A DNA stretch of 64,000 nucleotides, taken from Camelus dromedarius. Taxonomy: Eukaryota. The notes beneath the pieces were generated by a model. That model was given only the letters and a program-made list of their open reading frames with translations, searched no databases and was not told the DNA's origin. Position numbers and translations under genes: made by a program. The DNA lies in contig NC_087437.1 in the NCBI RefSeq assembly GCF_036321535.1, positions 31,684,001-31,748,000 of the forward strand, given 5' to 3'. Shown here piece after piece: positions 37,016 to 51,864 of this stretch. Positions within the stretch are counted from its first letter, which is position 1, and each line of letters begins with the position of its first letter.

Positions 37016-40000
37016 AGAAATCTCTACACATATTTCAAGACTTAGCTCAGATTCTACCTCCTACAAAAACAACAACAACAAAAAACACCTCACCAAAACA
37101 GTATAATACTGGTTAGCTATGGTTTTTATACTCATTAAGTCCTCACCTTTATTAAGTGCAGTCTATATTTAAATCAAAAGTACAGGTCATTTATTCAGTT
37201 CTTCATTTAGAGGTCATATAGTTATAGATGTAATACAGGCTCATCTAAAGGATGGTGTAATTACAGAGCAAAATGGCACATAATTTCAAGACTAAATTAG
37301 GGTTTCATTTTTGCTGCTGGTGTTGAATAGATTCACTGCATGGGTAACACCCAAACTGTGTTAGCAGAGAAAGAAACCACCTTAAAAGGCTGTTACTTCT
37401 CTCTTGGTTGAAACCATTGAAAATTTGTAGGTCAGAGTGGACAGGATCATTAAAGCTTCTCTTAACTAGAGATGACAAGTTTCTATGAACCTATTCATGA
37501 AGGGCACCAAGTTGTTTTTTGTTTGTTTTTGACTCCACAACAATCTTATTCCCATGTCAAGTTCTTGTAGAAACTGTCAGAATATTTAGAAAAATGTTTA
37601 TTAATGTACCTTTTGCTTTATCCACAAATACCCTTCTGGTGAACTGATTGCACTGACATTTTGTTTCTTTCCAATTCATGTTGCCAAAGTGGTTACAGTG
37701 GTTTAGGAAAGCTATAGAACTGAAAGTGCAGGAAAGACAGCAAATTTTCCATCTCAGGTCTTGGTAGTGTTCTAGTCCCGTACTAGATACACTTTCTTCT
37801 CCCCTCTAGGGTCCTGGGACTTTCACAGGTGCTCCCACCTCCAGAGGTCCAAGCCAGCCTCTCCGCTCCCCTCCCCTTACTACCTATTTTCTGTTTGGTA
37901 TAGTCTGCTTTTACCTCTGCCCACTATCCATTGACCTGTTCACTGGCCTCTTACCACAACTCATCTATTCCCATTTGTTGGCGTTGGGTTGATCATATCC
38001 TGGGAATAACTTCATTTTTTTCAGCAAATAGTTATTTGGCATTTACCATATGCCAGCCAACTGGCCTTGTCTTCACTTTGATTCTCGGTGACTAGGTGCT
38101 CTCCAGGTCTTCATGAATCTTCACTGGATGTCTGACCTTCTAGCCCCATGCTGGTTATATGTGCCAGCACTCTTATTTTTAGCCATTCTTGGCAGCTTCT
38201 CTTAGTCCTCTATATTGAAAATATGTTATAAATTTCTCTAGCTCCAAGTTTGTTGTCATTCAGATTACTTTGTTTACTTTTACTTTCTGTACCATCTTAC
38301 GACTTCACTGTCATAACTTTCAGGAACTTCAACTATCTTATTTCTTAGTTGGCTTTCTTTTAAATGCATGCCTAATATTTCTATTACTAACCAATTAATA
38401 TGCTTAAGATTTTATATTATCTTGATAATATCTATAGATTTTCCAGTTTATTAATATCTTTTCAGAAATCGTATCAATTATTTGAGAAGAGGAAAAGCCA
38501 CAGGGCATATATTCTCCCTAGATAAATCATTGGGTTAACATAATGGGCATAGCATTTTAGATTGTCTTTGGGTAAATTAAAATAAGGGCAGACTGATAAA
38601 CTACTCATCTCTTGAGTCTCCCTGTGTCTTACTTTTAAGAAATATAATTGTTTGTTCAAAGTATACAATAAAAAGTATTTAAATTCACTTTTTGATGTGG
38701 CTTTTTACTATTAATGATCTTAAATCCAATTCTAAGTATTTGCATTGTTTATATTTCTTTCAAGTCATTTTACTGGCTTCGCCACAGTTGCAGAACCAGC
38801 TGTAAGTGATAAACATCACAGTAAGTTTTCCTTTCTAATACTAGTTGAACATCTTCCCTTCTATTTTCCTAGCCTAATTCTCTGCCCCACCTACTATCCC
38901 CTATTTTCTCCTTCAGAGCATTCAAACACTTCACTATTTCCCCTGTATCCTGCCATCTGTTAATTCATTTCACTTGAACTTCTATAGTGTGGCTGGTTAT
39001 TATTTATGCTCTTAGTTGTTCCTTATTCTCTCTTAAGTTCTCTCTTGTAATAAATGAGTTAACACGTTATACTTTTTGATTAACATGAAACATATTTTTT
39101 ATATTCTGAATTTTTAAACCTGTACTGAATACCATGTCATTATTGTTTCCTTATAAATAAAATTTATAAATTGTTCTAATATTTTATATTTCCATATCTC
39201 TTACTTTTAGAATAAATTTCTCTTTCTCCATTTTGAACTGTGTAACTATCTCTCTGTTGTGTCTTCCAGCCTCTACCCCTGACCCACATTTCCCACCAGT
39301 GTGGTACTAATTGAAAGCATGCTAGGCCAAGAATCAGAAGATGGTGACCCTCCACATATTAGCCAGGTGACTCTGATATGCCATTTAGCCCTGATGAGTG
39401 TTTTTCCACACCTGGGTAACTAATGGTTAAGCTAAGGCTTCAGAGGCCATTTCGGGTTCTAATAGGTTGTAATTCTTATTCTAATTCTGATGCCTTTCGC
39501 TTGTTTCCAAAGTTACATACATATTTGTATTTTTACGTTGATACATTTTTTTCTTTTAAATCACCTTGAACAATTTCAACTTTGATTCAAGTATATAGTC
39601 TTTATGATCATTACTTTCTTACATGAAAACTTTAACTGTTTTGCCAACATTTTCCCTTTGTTTGTCTTTTGAAACACAGATGCTTGAAAATTTGAATACA
39701 TATGATAATTCTAGTTCATATATTTAATAGTGGTTTAAAAGTAAATCATAGGCTCTAATTAACAGCCTAACTCTTAATGCCAAAATGTTATCTTTTTCAT
39801 AGGAAAGTACACATACAAAATAAAATTTTGGAGACTAAATTCTTGGTTCCCTTTTAAAGATTTATTTACATAAGTTTTTTAATTTTATGCTCAGCTCACA
39901 CTAATATAACTTCCAAAATGCATAATTTATCTCAATTGCTAATACTCCTCTCAGAGGTCACTGTGACCCACAAACCCGTCCACTTAAATGATTTTCCTTC

Positions 40001-40239
40001 CACCTGGTAGAATACAGTGTCCTTTACTTTTGTCAGCAGTTACAAATATTGGAAGACAGAGTTCAGATAAATCACTTTAGCATGAATATTCTTCCTAAAA
40101 TTTATTTGACCAACTTTCAGATTTATTCCTAGTGAAAACACTTTTGGATTTTTTTCTTTCAGAAGACTCTCTGGTATAATATATAATACATAAATATTTT
40201 AATGAAATTACTTTGCACATAATATTTTAACATCCTAGA

Positions 40240-40610
40240 ATTTTTAAAGAACAGTCTTATTGAAAATATTTTAAATATCAAAATTCACATATTTTAAGTG
40301 TACAATTCAGTGGTTTTTAGGATATTTATAGACTTGTATAACTATCACCATGATCTAATTTTAGAGCATTTATGTCACCTCAAAAAGAAACCTCATGGTC
40401 ATTAACAATCATTTCCCTTACCCTTCTGCCCATCCCCCACCAATCATTAATTTACTTTCTTTCTCTATAGCTTTGCCTGTTCTTGACATGTCATATAAAT
40501 AGAATCATATAACACGATCTTTCCTGTCTGGCTTCTTTGACTTGGTATAATGGTATGTTTTTTGACTTTCACTCATGTTGTGGCATGTATAAGTATTGTA
40601 TTCCTTAATT
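40240..40610 (-). mobile_element. L1MB-like 3' end
   Basis: ttttaagtgtacaattcagtggtttttagg...cacctcaaaaagaaacctc...catataaatagaatcatat. Confidence 0.8.
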
Positions 40611-40669
40611 AGTAGCTCCTCTGTTAAAGTGAAAAAAAATCAAAATGAGTGATAGGGTTCAATTAAAAA

Positions 40670-40870
40670 AAATACTGATCCAGGAGTCAAACACTTCAAT
40701 TTTCTGGCAAGTTTATGTTTTTTTTATGGGACTTCTAGGTAAGTTATTACTCTCTTTGACTCAGTTGCTTCACCTGTAAAATGGGAATATGATAGTCTTC
40801 CTTAAATACTGTGGAGTATTAGGAGAATCAACAGTATAAAATGTAGGAACACAAAAGAACTAGACAAATA
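40670..40870 (+). mobile_element. MIR SINE
   Basis: ggtaagttattactctctttgactcagttgcttcacctgtaaaatgggaatatgatagt. Confidence 0.7.
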
Positions 40871-42045
40871 GAGAATATTAAACTGCATTTTAAAGTGGTT
40901 TTCCTGGAGTGATAGCACACCAAATGATTATATTTAGGGTAAAAGTATTAGAATTTCCTTAAATACACCTTTAATAACCAAGGAAAACTGTACATATTAA
41001 TTTCTGTTTGCCCAAAGGTTCATTCCACTGATTTATTTTCCAGTCAACACTGATTAGTTCTAACAGCAGTTTGACTGCTCTTAGAACAAGTTGCTGAAGA
41101 AGGGAGTGGCTATGATTAATTCAGGAGTCATCTGTTGCATAGCAGATGGAAGAGTCTCTGAACAGAGTTCCACTGTGACCTTACCTGTAAGCCATAATTT
41201 TCACAGGGAGTTCACTGTGATGAATTGACCAGCCTTTATGATTCCTTTTGAAGCTTTGAACTCCAGGAGGAATAATACAACTTTAGCTTCCAAAAAAGGA
41301 GAAGTGCTGATTTTATAAACAGAAAACCAAGAAGGTTTGCAGTGATCCTTAGTTTTACTAAATCCAACAGCTCTTAAAAGAGGCTAACTTATTAAAGGGA
41401 CACTGTGGGATGCTTCTGTTTCCAAAAGCAGGGAACTGCAAAAAAATACAGTTCCTAGGGACTGTAGACAAGTTGCAAACCAGATGGTCTTAACTAGAAC
41501 CCAGAGAGTCCTTTTTTAGAACCAGGTCACCATTAGAATATGGAATCTAATAAAAGGGTGTCCTTTAGAAGCCACTTGGGCTTTGATTACTTGAGACATA
41601 TAAGATTATATCTGTTTCCTTTATTTTTCATTTGCTTCTAACTTTGAGCTTTCCTATAAAGATTATCTCTATTTACATATTATCTCCATTTTACAAATGC
41701 TTAAATCTTGGAATTTTCTGCAGTGAACTTAGGCATACACTCTTTAAGATGGATATCTCTTCTCTGAGACTCCTTTCTCAAGCTTTGAGATAGCTGTAGT
41801 TCTGGTTTATTCTCTAGTCATACTTCACCTCTGCCCTTGCAGCCTTCTTCCTCTCTTCATTCTTCCACTCCAGTGTGGTTTTCCTCTTTTAAGGCTAGAT
41901 CTTAGCCTTTCTGGCTTTTCTTTAACTGCACCATCTCCCTCAGGACCTTGCGATAAATTTTAGACATTTTGTTTCAATCCTATGTAATCTGTCCTGTGCC
42001 TCAATTCCTAAATCCACCTCTCTCAGAAAGATTAGCACTATTCAT

Positions 42046-42508
42046 TCTTTTTTTCATTATTGAAAGATGGTTGCCGTAGAATACTATGTTAGTTGCAGGG
42101 GTACGACATAATGATTTGATACTGCTACATTATGAAATGATCACCTTGATGTCCAATAACCATCTGTCCCCATACAGAGTTATTAAAATATTTTGGACCA
42201 TCTTTCTTATGCTGTATATTACATCTCTGTGACTTATTTATTATATAAGTGGAGTTGTGCCTTTTAATCCCCTTCACCTATTTCACCACTCACCCCTTCC
42301 CTCTGGCAACCACCCATTTGTTCTCTTATGAGTCTGTTTTCATTTGGTTTTGTTTGTTCATTTTTTTACATTACATATATCAGTGCAATCATGTGGTATT
42401 TGTCTTTCTCTGTCTGACTGATTTCACTTAGTATAATACCTTCTAAATCCATCCTTGTTGTCACAAATGGCAAGATTTCATACTTTTTATGACTGAATAA
42501 TATTCTAT

Positions 42509-42540
<32 letters not shown>

Positions 42541-45500
42541 TACACCATACCTTCTTTATCCATTTGTCTATCAAAGGGCACTTAGATTGCTTTCATAATT
42601 TGGCTATTGTAAATAATGCTGCAATCAACATTGCAGTTCATGTATCTTTTTGAGTAAATAAAATTGCTAGATCATATGGCAGCTTTTAACTTTTTGAGGA
42701 ATCTCCATACTGTTTTCCCTAGTGGCTGTACCAATTTACTTTCCCCCAATACTATGCAAGGTTTCCCTTTTCTCCACAAGCTTACCAATACTTGTTATTT
42801 GTTGTCTTTTCGGTAACAGTCATTCTCACAGGTGTCATGTGATATCTCATTGTGGTTTTGTATTTATATAATTCCCTGATTACTAGTGTTGTTGAGCATC
42901 TTTTCATGTGTATGTTGGCTGTCTGTATGTCTTCTTTGGAAAAATTGTCTATTCAGGTCCTCTGCCCATTTTTAATTGTGTTGTTTGTGTTTGATGTTGA
43001 GTTGAATGAATTCTCTGTATGTTTTGGATATTAAACCCTTTCACATATATGATTTGCAAACATCTTCCATCGAGTAAGTTGCCTTTTTGTTTTGTTGACA
43101 GTTTCTTTCACTGTACAAAAACTTTTGAATTTGATGCAGTCCCATTTATGTATTTTTGCTTTTGGTTCCATTGCCTGAGGAGACAGATTCAGAAAAGTAC
43201 TACTAAAACCACTATCAGAGAGTATACTGCCTATGTCTTCTTAGAGTTTTATGCTTTCAGGCCTCACATTTGAATCTTTAATCCATTTTGAATTTATTTC
43301 TTAATATGGTGTGAGAAAGTGGTCCAGTTTCATTTTTTTTTTTTTGCATGTAGCTGTTCAGTTTTCTCATCACCATTTATTGAAGAGCCTATCTTTTCCT
43401 CACTGTATATTCTTGCCTCCTTTGTCATAGATTAATTGACCATATAAGCATAAGGTTATTTCTTGGCTTTCTATTCTGTTCCATTGATCTACCTTTTTGT
43501 GCCAGTACCATACTATTTTTATTATTGTAGCTTTGTAGTGTATTTTGAAATCAGGAAGCATAATACTTCCAGCTTTGTTCTTATTTCTCAAGATTACCTT
43601 GACTATTTGAGGTCTTTTTTGTTTCCATACAATTATTTTTTCTAATTCTATTAAAAATGCCAGTGGTGTTTAGGGATTGGATTGAATTTGTAGATTGCCT
43701 TGGAGAACATGGTCATTTTAACAGTATTAATTTTTTCAGTCCATGAGTGTGGTATATCTTTCCATTTGTTTGTATCATCTTCAATTTCTTTCATTGATAT
43801 CTTACAGCTTTCTAACCACAAGTCTTTTACCTCCTTGGTTAGATTTATTCCTGGGTATTTTATTCCTTTTGATGCAATTACAAATTAGAAATTGTTTTCT
43901 TAAATTCTCTTTCTGATAGCTCATTGGTAGTATATAGAAAGGCAACAGATTTCTGTATGTTGATTTTATATCCTGTAAATTTACTGAATAAATTTATTAA
44001 TCTGGTAGTTTTTTGTGAAATCTTTAGGATTTTCTATGTATAGTATCATGTCATCTGCAAATAGTCACAGTTTTACTTCTTCCTTTCCAATTCTGATTTC
44101 TTTTACTTTTTTCATTGTCTGATTGCTGTGGCTAGAACTCCCAATACTATGTTGAATAAAAGTAAATAGAATGAGCATCCTTGTCTTGTTCCTGATCTTA
44201 GAGAAAATGCTTTCATCTTCTCACCATTGAGTATGAAGTAAGCTATGGATTTGTCATATACGGTCTTTATTATGTTAAGGTATCTTCCCTCTGTAGTCAC
44301 TTGGTTGAGAGCTTTTTTATTATTATAAATGGATGTTAAATTCTGTCAATAGCTTTTTCTGCATCTCTTAAGATGATCATCTGATTTTTATTCTTAAATT
44401 GTTATTCTTAAATTCTTAATGTGGTGTATAATATTGATTGATTTGCAGATATTGAACCATGCTTGCATCCCTAGGATAAATCCCACTTGATCATAATGTA
44501 TGATCCCCTTAATGTATTGTTGAATTTTAGTTTGCTAATATTTTGTTGAGGATTTTTGCTTCTATGTTTATCAGTAATAGGCTGTTATTTTCTTTTTTTT
44601 TTTTTTTCTCCTCTCTCTCTCTCTCTTTTTTTTTTTTTTTGCTAGGTGTCTTTCTCTAGTTTTGGTATCATGGTGATGCTGGCCCCCTAAAATGAGTTTT
44701 GAAACATTCTTTCTTCAATATTTGGAATAGTTTGAGAAGGATAGGTGTTAACTCTAAACATTTTGTAGATTTTACCTGTGAAGCCATTGGGTCCTGGACT
44801 TTTGTTTGTTGGGAGGTTTTTGTTTGTTTGTCTTTTGTTTTTGTCTTTTGTTTTGTTTTTACTGATTCAATTTCATTACTGATAATCAATCTGTTTATAT
44901 TTTCTATTTCTTCCTGATTCAGTCTTGGGAGATTGTATGTTTCTAGGAATTTACTTATTTCTTCTACGTTGTCCATTTTATTGGTATATTAATTGTTTGT
45001 AGAAATACCTTATAATCCTTTGTATTTCTGTGGTCTCATTTGTAAGTTTCATTTCTAATTTTATTTATTTGGGCCCTCCTTTTTCCTTGATGAGTCTTGC
45101 TAAAGGTTTATCAATTTTGTTTATATTTTCAAAGAACCAGCTGTTAGTTTCATTGATCTTTTAAACTGTTTTTTCAGTCTCTATTTCTTTATTTCCCTCT
45201 GATCTTTATTATTTATTTCTGGTAACTATGGGTTTTGAATTTCTTCTTTTTCTAGTTTTTTTAGGTATAAGTTTAGGTTATTCATTTTAGAGTTTCCTTG
45301 TTTCCTTGTTTTCAAATCCTCCTTAATTTCTTTAGTAATTCATTGGTTGTTTAGTAGCATATTGGTTAGCCTTCACGTATTTGTATTTTGGAATTTTTTT
45401 ACTGTACTTGATTTCTAGTCTCATACTGCTGTGGTCAGAAAAAATGCTTTATGTGATTTCAGTTTTCTTAAATTTATTGAGACTTTTTGTGTGGCCTAGC

Positions 45501-48490
45501 ATATGATCAGTCCTGGAGAACATTCCATGTGCACTTGAAAAGAATGTGCTGTCTTCAGATGTATATGTATCTATTGTTCATTTGGTTTAATGTGCTGTTT
45601 AAAGCCAGTGTTTCCTTACTGATTTTTCTGTCTGGATGATCTGTCCATTGTTTAAGTGATGTTTTAAGTCCCCTACTATTATTATATTACTGTCTATTTC
45701 TCCCTTCATGTTTGTTAATATTTGCTTTATGTATTTAGGTGCTCCTTTGTTGAGTGCATATATATTTACAATTGTTTTATCTTCTTGTTGGATTGGTCCC
45801 TTGATCATTATATAATGTCCTTCTTTGTGTCTTGTTAAAATCTTTTGTTTTAAAGTCTATTTTGTGTGATATGAGCATTGCCTCCCCAGCTTTCTTTCCA
45901 TTTTCATTTGCATGGAGTACCTTTTTTCATCCCTTCACTTTCAGTCTCTGTATGTCTTTAATATCTAAAGTGAATCTTTTTTAGACAGTGTACATATATA
46001 GGTCATTTTTAAAACATACTTATTCAGACTTTGATTGGAGCATTTAATCCATTTACATTTAAAGTAATTATTGATAGATATGTACTTATTGTCATATTGT
46101 AATTATTTCCTGGTTGTTTTTGTAGTTCTTTTTGTTATTTTCGACTGCTTTTGTTCTCTTCCCTTCTTATTTAATGACTATATTTAGTGTATTGTTTGAG
46201 TTCCTTTCTCTTTGCTTTTGTGTATCTATTATAGATTTTTGGTTTTTGGTTACCATGAGGTTTATATATATATTATTTATATATATATAAATAAAATATG
46301 ATTATTTTAAGTTGATCTCTTAAGTTCAGATGCATTCTAATAACTCTGTATTTTAACTCCCCTGCAATGTTCAATGTTTTTGACACCATGTTTAACATCT
46401 TTTTGTTTTATGTATCCCTTAACTACTTATTGTGGATATAGATGATTTAACTACTTTTAATCTTCTCACAAGCTTTATTAGTGGTGGATCTACTCCCTTT
46501 TCTATATGTTTACCTTTACCTGTGAGATTTTTTTTCTTTCATAATTTTATTATGTTTAGTTGTGGTCTTTTCTACTTAGAGAAATCCCTTTAACATTTCT
46601 TGTAAATCTGGTTTAGTGGTACTGACCTCTTATAGCTCTTCCTTGTCTGAGATAAAAAGAAAACTCTCTCTCCTTCATATCTGAATGATAGCCTTGCTGG
46701 GTAGAATATTCTTGAGTGTAGGTTTTTTCCTTACAACACTTTGAATATAATGTGCCATTTCTTTCTGGCCTGCAAAGTTTCTGCTTGAAAAGTTAGCTGA
46801 TGGTCTTGTGGGAGTTCCCTTGTATGTAACTAGTTGCTTTTCTCCTGCTGCTTTTAAGATTCTCTCTTTATCTTAATTTCTGCCATTTTAATTATAATGT
46901 GCCTTGGACTTTAATTCTAATGTGTGGTATAGACTTCTTTTCATTTATCTTGTTTGGCCTGTCTATGCTTCCTGGACCTAGATATCTTTTTTCTTTTCTT
47001 TTTTTTTTTTTTTTTTTTTTTAGGTTGGGGGAGGTAATTATGTTTATTTATTTTTAGAGGAGGTACTGGGGATTGAACTCAGTACCCTGTGTATGCTAAG
47101 CATGCGCTCTACCACTGAGCTATACCCTCCCCCCCTGAACCTAGATATCTTTTTCCTTTCCCAGGTTATGGAAATTTTCAGCTGAAATTTTCTTCAAATA
47201 AGTATTCTGCCCCTTACTCTCTCTTCTCCTTCTGGGACCAGTGTAATGCAAACGTTAAAACACTTGCTGTTGTCACAGAAATCTCTTACATTATCCTAAT
47301 TTAAAAAATTTTTCTTGTTTCTGTTTAGCTTGGGTGATTTCCACTTCTTTTATGTCCAAATTGCTGATCTGTTCTTCTGTATCATCTAATCTATTTTTGG
47401 TTCCTTCTAGTATTTTTTTTTTATTTTAATTATATTATGCTTCAGCTCTGTTTGGTTCTTCTTTATATTTTCTAACTCTATTAAACTTGTTTTCTAACTC
47501 TGTTAAACTTGTTATGTGTTTATCCATTCTTCTCCCGAGTTCCTTGAGCAGATTTATGATCATTACTTTGAATTCTTTATTGGGTAGATTGCTTATTTCC
47601 ATTTCATTTAGTTCTTTTTCTGAATTTTTGTTGTTGTTCTTCTGTTTGGAACAAATTCCTCTGTCTTCTTATTTTGTCTAATTCTCTGTGTTTATTTCTA
47701 TGTATTAGGAAGGTTGATTGCATCTTCTGATCATGAAGAAGTAGCCTTATATAGGAGACGTCCTATGCAGACCAGCAAGCACACTCCACTCTGGTCACGA
47801 GAGCTCTGTTCTCTATGGATGCTCCCATGTGGTCTGTGTGGGCCTTCTGTTGTGACAGAGCTTACTACTGTAGGTGCACTGGTAGGCAGGGCTGGCCACT
47901 GGCATAGTTGGGTGCCAGACTTTGCCTCACCATTCTGTGGCTGCCAGCTTACTGGTGGACAGGGATGGGTCCCACGGCAGCTGGTTGCCAGGCACAAAGA
48001 GCCCAGGTGGTGTCATGTTGCTGGTAGACAGATTAGCCCCTCAGTACTAACAGGCTAGAGGGAGAATTCCAAATGGTGTTTGCCAGTGTCCTTGTGGTAG
48101 AACAAGCTCCCCAAAATGGCTACCTCCAGTGTCTCCATCTTCAGGGAAGCCCGAGTTCCCTCCTGTCTCCCCAAGAGCACAAGTATGTATGACTCAGGCT
48201 CCTTTCAAACTATTGGCTCTATGTTAGGACTCAGTGCAGTTGTTAATATCCCCCCATTTATGGGTTGCCTACCAGATAGTGTGGGCCTTGAGTATATTAT
48301 ATCTCTGCCCCTCCTACCTGTCTCATTGTAGTTCCTTCTTTTTATATTTAGGTATGGAAAATCTTTTCTGTTAGTTTTCAGTTCATTTTTATAGCTAATT
48401 CTCTGTAAATAGGTATACTTTTGGTGTGCCCATGAGAGGGGGTGAGCTTAGTGTCTTCCTATTCCACCATCCTGGTCACTCCTTGCCCCA
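42046..48490 (-). mobile_element. Near-full-length degenerate LINE-1 (L1MA9/L1_Art-like) with 5' UTR, ORF1, ORF2 and 3' UTR
   Basis: ORF2 peptides in order: IKGPIQQEDKTIVNIYA (endonuclease), KFLETYNLPRLNQEEIEN, LRSGTRQGC (RT), [29 protein letters not shown]. The 5' terminus reads ggagtgaccaggatggtggaat on the minus strand (CAAGATGGCG-like). Many stops and frameshifts. Confidence 0.93.
46992..47135 (-). mobile_element. Vic-1-type tRNA-derived SINE inserted into L1 ORF1
   Basis: Reverse complement gggagggtatagctcagtggtagagcgcatgcttagcatacacagggtactgagttcaatccccagtacctcc plus A-tail. 19-bp TSD tggacctagatatcttttt (46973-46991) / tgaacctagatatcttttt (47136-47154), one mismatch. Confidence 0.93.
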
Positions 48491-49069
48491 TTTTTGTTCC
48501 ATTCTATACTTGTGGTCTAATGTGATGCAATTCTCTTTCCTCTCTGCCTTAACCTAGATCATCTTCTGCCCATTTAGTCACCAATCATCAAAAAATTTGG
48601 TCATTCAGTGTTATTAATTAGGCACCTACACGATGCAGTCTACACTTTAACAGGAAAAGTTGTGTCGTACATGGCTTCTACACTAAGCATTCTGCATCCT
48701 CAGGGAAGCTCCAGCTGAGCAGTGAAAGGAAGGAGCTTTCCTCTGCCCTGTCCCTAACACCCACATGAACACTCTCTTGACGACACTCACAGCCAGTCAC
48801 TCTCACACATGGACTCACCCAGGCACACAGCACACCTGCTGCTCATAGACTCTTAAAAATCATCCACATTTATGGACCAGTAGCATGAATAATAGCAATG
48901 CTATCTGAATGAGAAATAAATGACCCATTTCCCCTTTCCCACCCCATGTCCAATGTCTCTTACTTCTTACCAGCATCTCTTTCCCACTAGCCACTAATAC
49001 TCTCCTTATATCATTTAAAAAAAAAAAAAAGTCATTCCTGTGAATTTAAGTAGCTTTCCTACTACAGTC

Positions 49070-49310
49070 TAAATAATAGCTAACATTCACAAAGCACTAA
49101 CACATGTCAAACAGTGCAGCCACAGTGTACTCCCTTATTATCATCGTCCTGGGTTAAGCATTTTTATTATCTCCAGTTTACGAATGAGATTACTGGGGTT
49201 TAGAGGAGTTAAGTCATTTGCCCAAGGCAACACAGCCTCTGATCAGCAGAATTAGAGCCTGAGTCCAGAACTGTGCCTCCAAAACTTGGACCCTTAACCC
49301 TTGAACTCCA
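49070..49310 (-). mobile_element. MIR SINE
   Basis: aataatagctaacattcac...ttattatctccagtttacgaatgagattactgggg...aagtcatttgcccaagg. Confidence 0.8.
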
Positions 49311-50762
49311 CTGCTTATAAACATCAAAGCATACTCATTGTTATCATCAGTATATATTTCAGAGAAAGCCTCTATAGAGGCCACTTCCAGCTCTGGTAAA
49401 TAAAACAAATTTCTGTAAGGGAAAGGCAGAAGAGGTCCTGAGAACTAGTAGACACAAGCCACCCATAGGTTATGAAATGGTTATAAGATGGGTATAGGTA
49501 TATTACATGATTCAGTGTTCAGCTACTTTAATATGAATCTTTTGTTCCCTATTGCCAAAATAAGCCATATTCACTATTGATTAGGAAATTCCAGCATTCA
49601 CATAGCATTATATGATGTGATCCTCTGAGACTTCCTGTTTTGAATATATATATTTTTATAAGTGGAATAATAGTTTCATAATCTCCAACCCCTTCATTTC
49701 TTCCATTGTGAAATCTTTCCATGTCAAAAATACTCATAATATTCTAATTTTGGATGAATCATAATTTTAAATCATATCTTATTTTGAATAATTGTTTTCA
49801 CTTTTTTTCTATTAAAGTAATATTCTGATAAATATCCCCATAGCTAAATCTTTTCACATATGTGTGAATGTTGTCTGCAGATCTCTTCATTCTTATAATT
49901 ACAAAGTGTTTTTGGTTTTATGCTTGTTACTTTTAAACTATGTAATGATGTAGAATTTTTAACTGCAATTAGCATGAACTGGTTTTGTAGTATAAAAGCA
50001 GCCTTTTGAAGGAATTCTTGCCCTTTGCCTATTCTACTGCCCTCCCAGCACAAGGAGAAAGGGGGCAAAAGATAGAATCAGTACTCTGTATGGCTGTGAA
50101 TGCACTCTACCTCCTTTCCAGTTTGCATAGAATTAGTCCTGCATACAAGAATTTCTGTAAGCATTCTGATGGTAGAGCACATGGATTAATTAAAGAAAGT
50201 TGATGTTTATATGGCTATATGAATCTATTTGAAAATTTATTAAATATTTTTAGATTGAAACTCCCCTATATTCCGTTTATTCATTTGCCTTATTATTAAC
50301 CCTAGGTCTTTTTCTTTTTTATCCCATAAATATTTTCAGCTAATATTCTATTCAGTATAGCTCCCTGTCCCTTCCTGCTTACTTCACTCTAGGCTGTCCA
50401 TATCTATTATTAATATTTTTCAGTCTTGAAAAATCTCATTATTTTGGTATACACACACATACACATTCAAAATAATAAGATATATGTAATTGTGTGAATT
50501 TATTTATTTATACAAATTTATCAGAAAACAGAGTAATGTTCTAATGTATTCACAAGCTTCTAAATCATCAGGATTGCCAGTTGAGAAAGAGTGATTACAT
50601 GATTTAACCAGGGTTTAAAAAAATGGAATTTAAGGCTCCTCCTATCTTACCCATGCATGATTTCTAATGTTTTATAAGCCCCTATTAGTTACAATTATCA
50701 TTATGTTATATTTGGCTGGTTTAATTTTCAGAACAAAAAAAATGCACTGGGGTTTTAGAAGC

Positions 50763-50803
50763 TTTTGTTTTTGTTTTTGTTTTTGTTTTTGTTTTTGTTT
50801 TTT
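50763..50803. repeat. (TTTTTG)n hexamer microsatellite
   Basis: Read directly; produces the KQKQKQ run in ORF 50672..50917. Confidence 0.93.
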
Positions 50804-51864
50804 GCATTCTGAGGTAAATTCTTGATCCTTAGTATTAGAATATAATTTATTTCCAAATTTTAAATATCTGATTATCTCCTTAGCTTGATTTAAATACACT
50901 CTCCCCTCCTCCCACACACCTAGATAAATAAATGTCTGGTTCTAATCTAACTACATCTGGACCAAATTGCAACTTTTTAACTGTAAATCCACACCTGATG
51001 GAGCATCTGATTTATAATCTCCAAATGTTATTTCAGTCCCTTCTGGCATTATGCAGAAAATGTTAATGTACTTCAAGTATTCCTATTTTGATATAGATGT
51101 GAATCAAACCTCTAAAATATAAACCCTAAAATGAAATGAACTTTCGAAGTGGCTGTATTCACCATCTGAGCTTTATAAAAAGTTTGCTTAAGTTAAAAAA
51201 TGTTAATTTGCAATTGATATAGTTGAATACACTCATTAAAGAACTTTCTTCTATTATTGATATCTATTCTTACATTTGTAAAGCCTTTCTCTGTTAATGC
51301 TCATTAAAAAATTAAGTGAGATATTACTTTGTGAAAGGCTGAGTTCATCAAACCATGGTACAATAATATATATATATGTAATATCTAAATGCAGCTTACT
51401 GATTGTGTTCATTCATATTGGTTATATCTGATAAGAAATCCCACAATTTTAGCCACATAGTTAACTAACAGTTTAACTAAATGAAATAATTTAAAGTGGT
51501 AGAAAAATAAAACAGGTTTAATTTTAAAGGAGTTATTGATTTGTTATTTAAAACATAATTTATCATTCATGAAGGAAAAATAAGGCACTTGACTTTACTT
51601 TCTCTAAGGACAAGGAAGTATATCTTACTGATGTTTATATACTGAATGTAGCCATCATGGAGCCTACCTATAACAGAGTAGGTACTCAGTAAAAATCTAC
51701 TGAAATAAAAGAACATATTTATAAGAAAGTTGCATTTTAATGCCAAGATACATATTAGATATTACCATTGAAAACTGTGCAACTCTTTCAGTTCCACTCA
51801 TTTTAATCTTAGGTACATAATTTTAAATGTGTCTTTGCTGGAATTCTTATTTCTGGTAGCCACA

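Noticed and set aside
46273..46294. 22-bp perfect palindrome ttatttatatatatataaataa
   Set aside because: Built around a (TA)n microsatellite in the L1 inter-ORF region; expected from low complexity.
47468..47511. 22-bp tandem duplication ttttctaactct(a/g)ttaaacttg
   Set aside because: Real but ordinary slippage inside a dead L1 ORF1.
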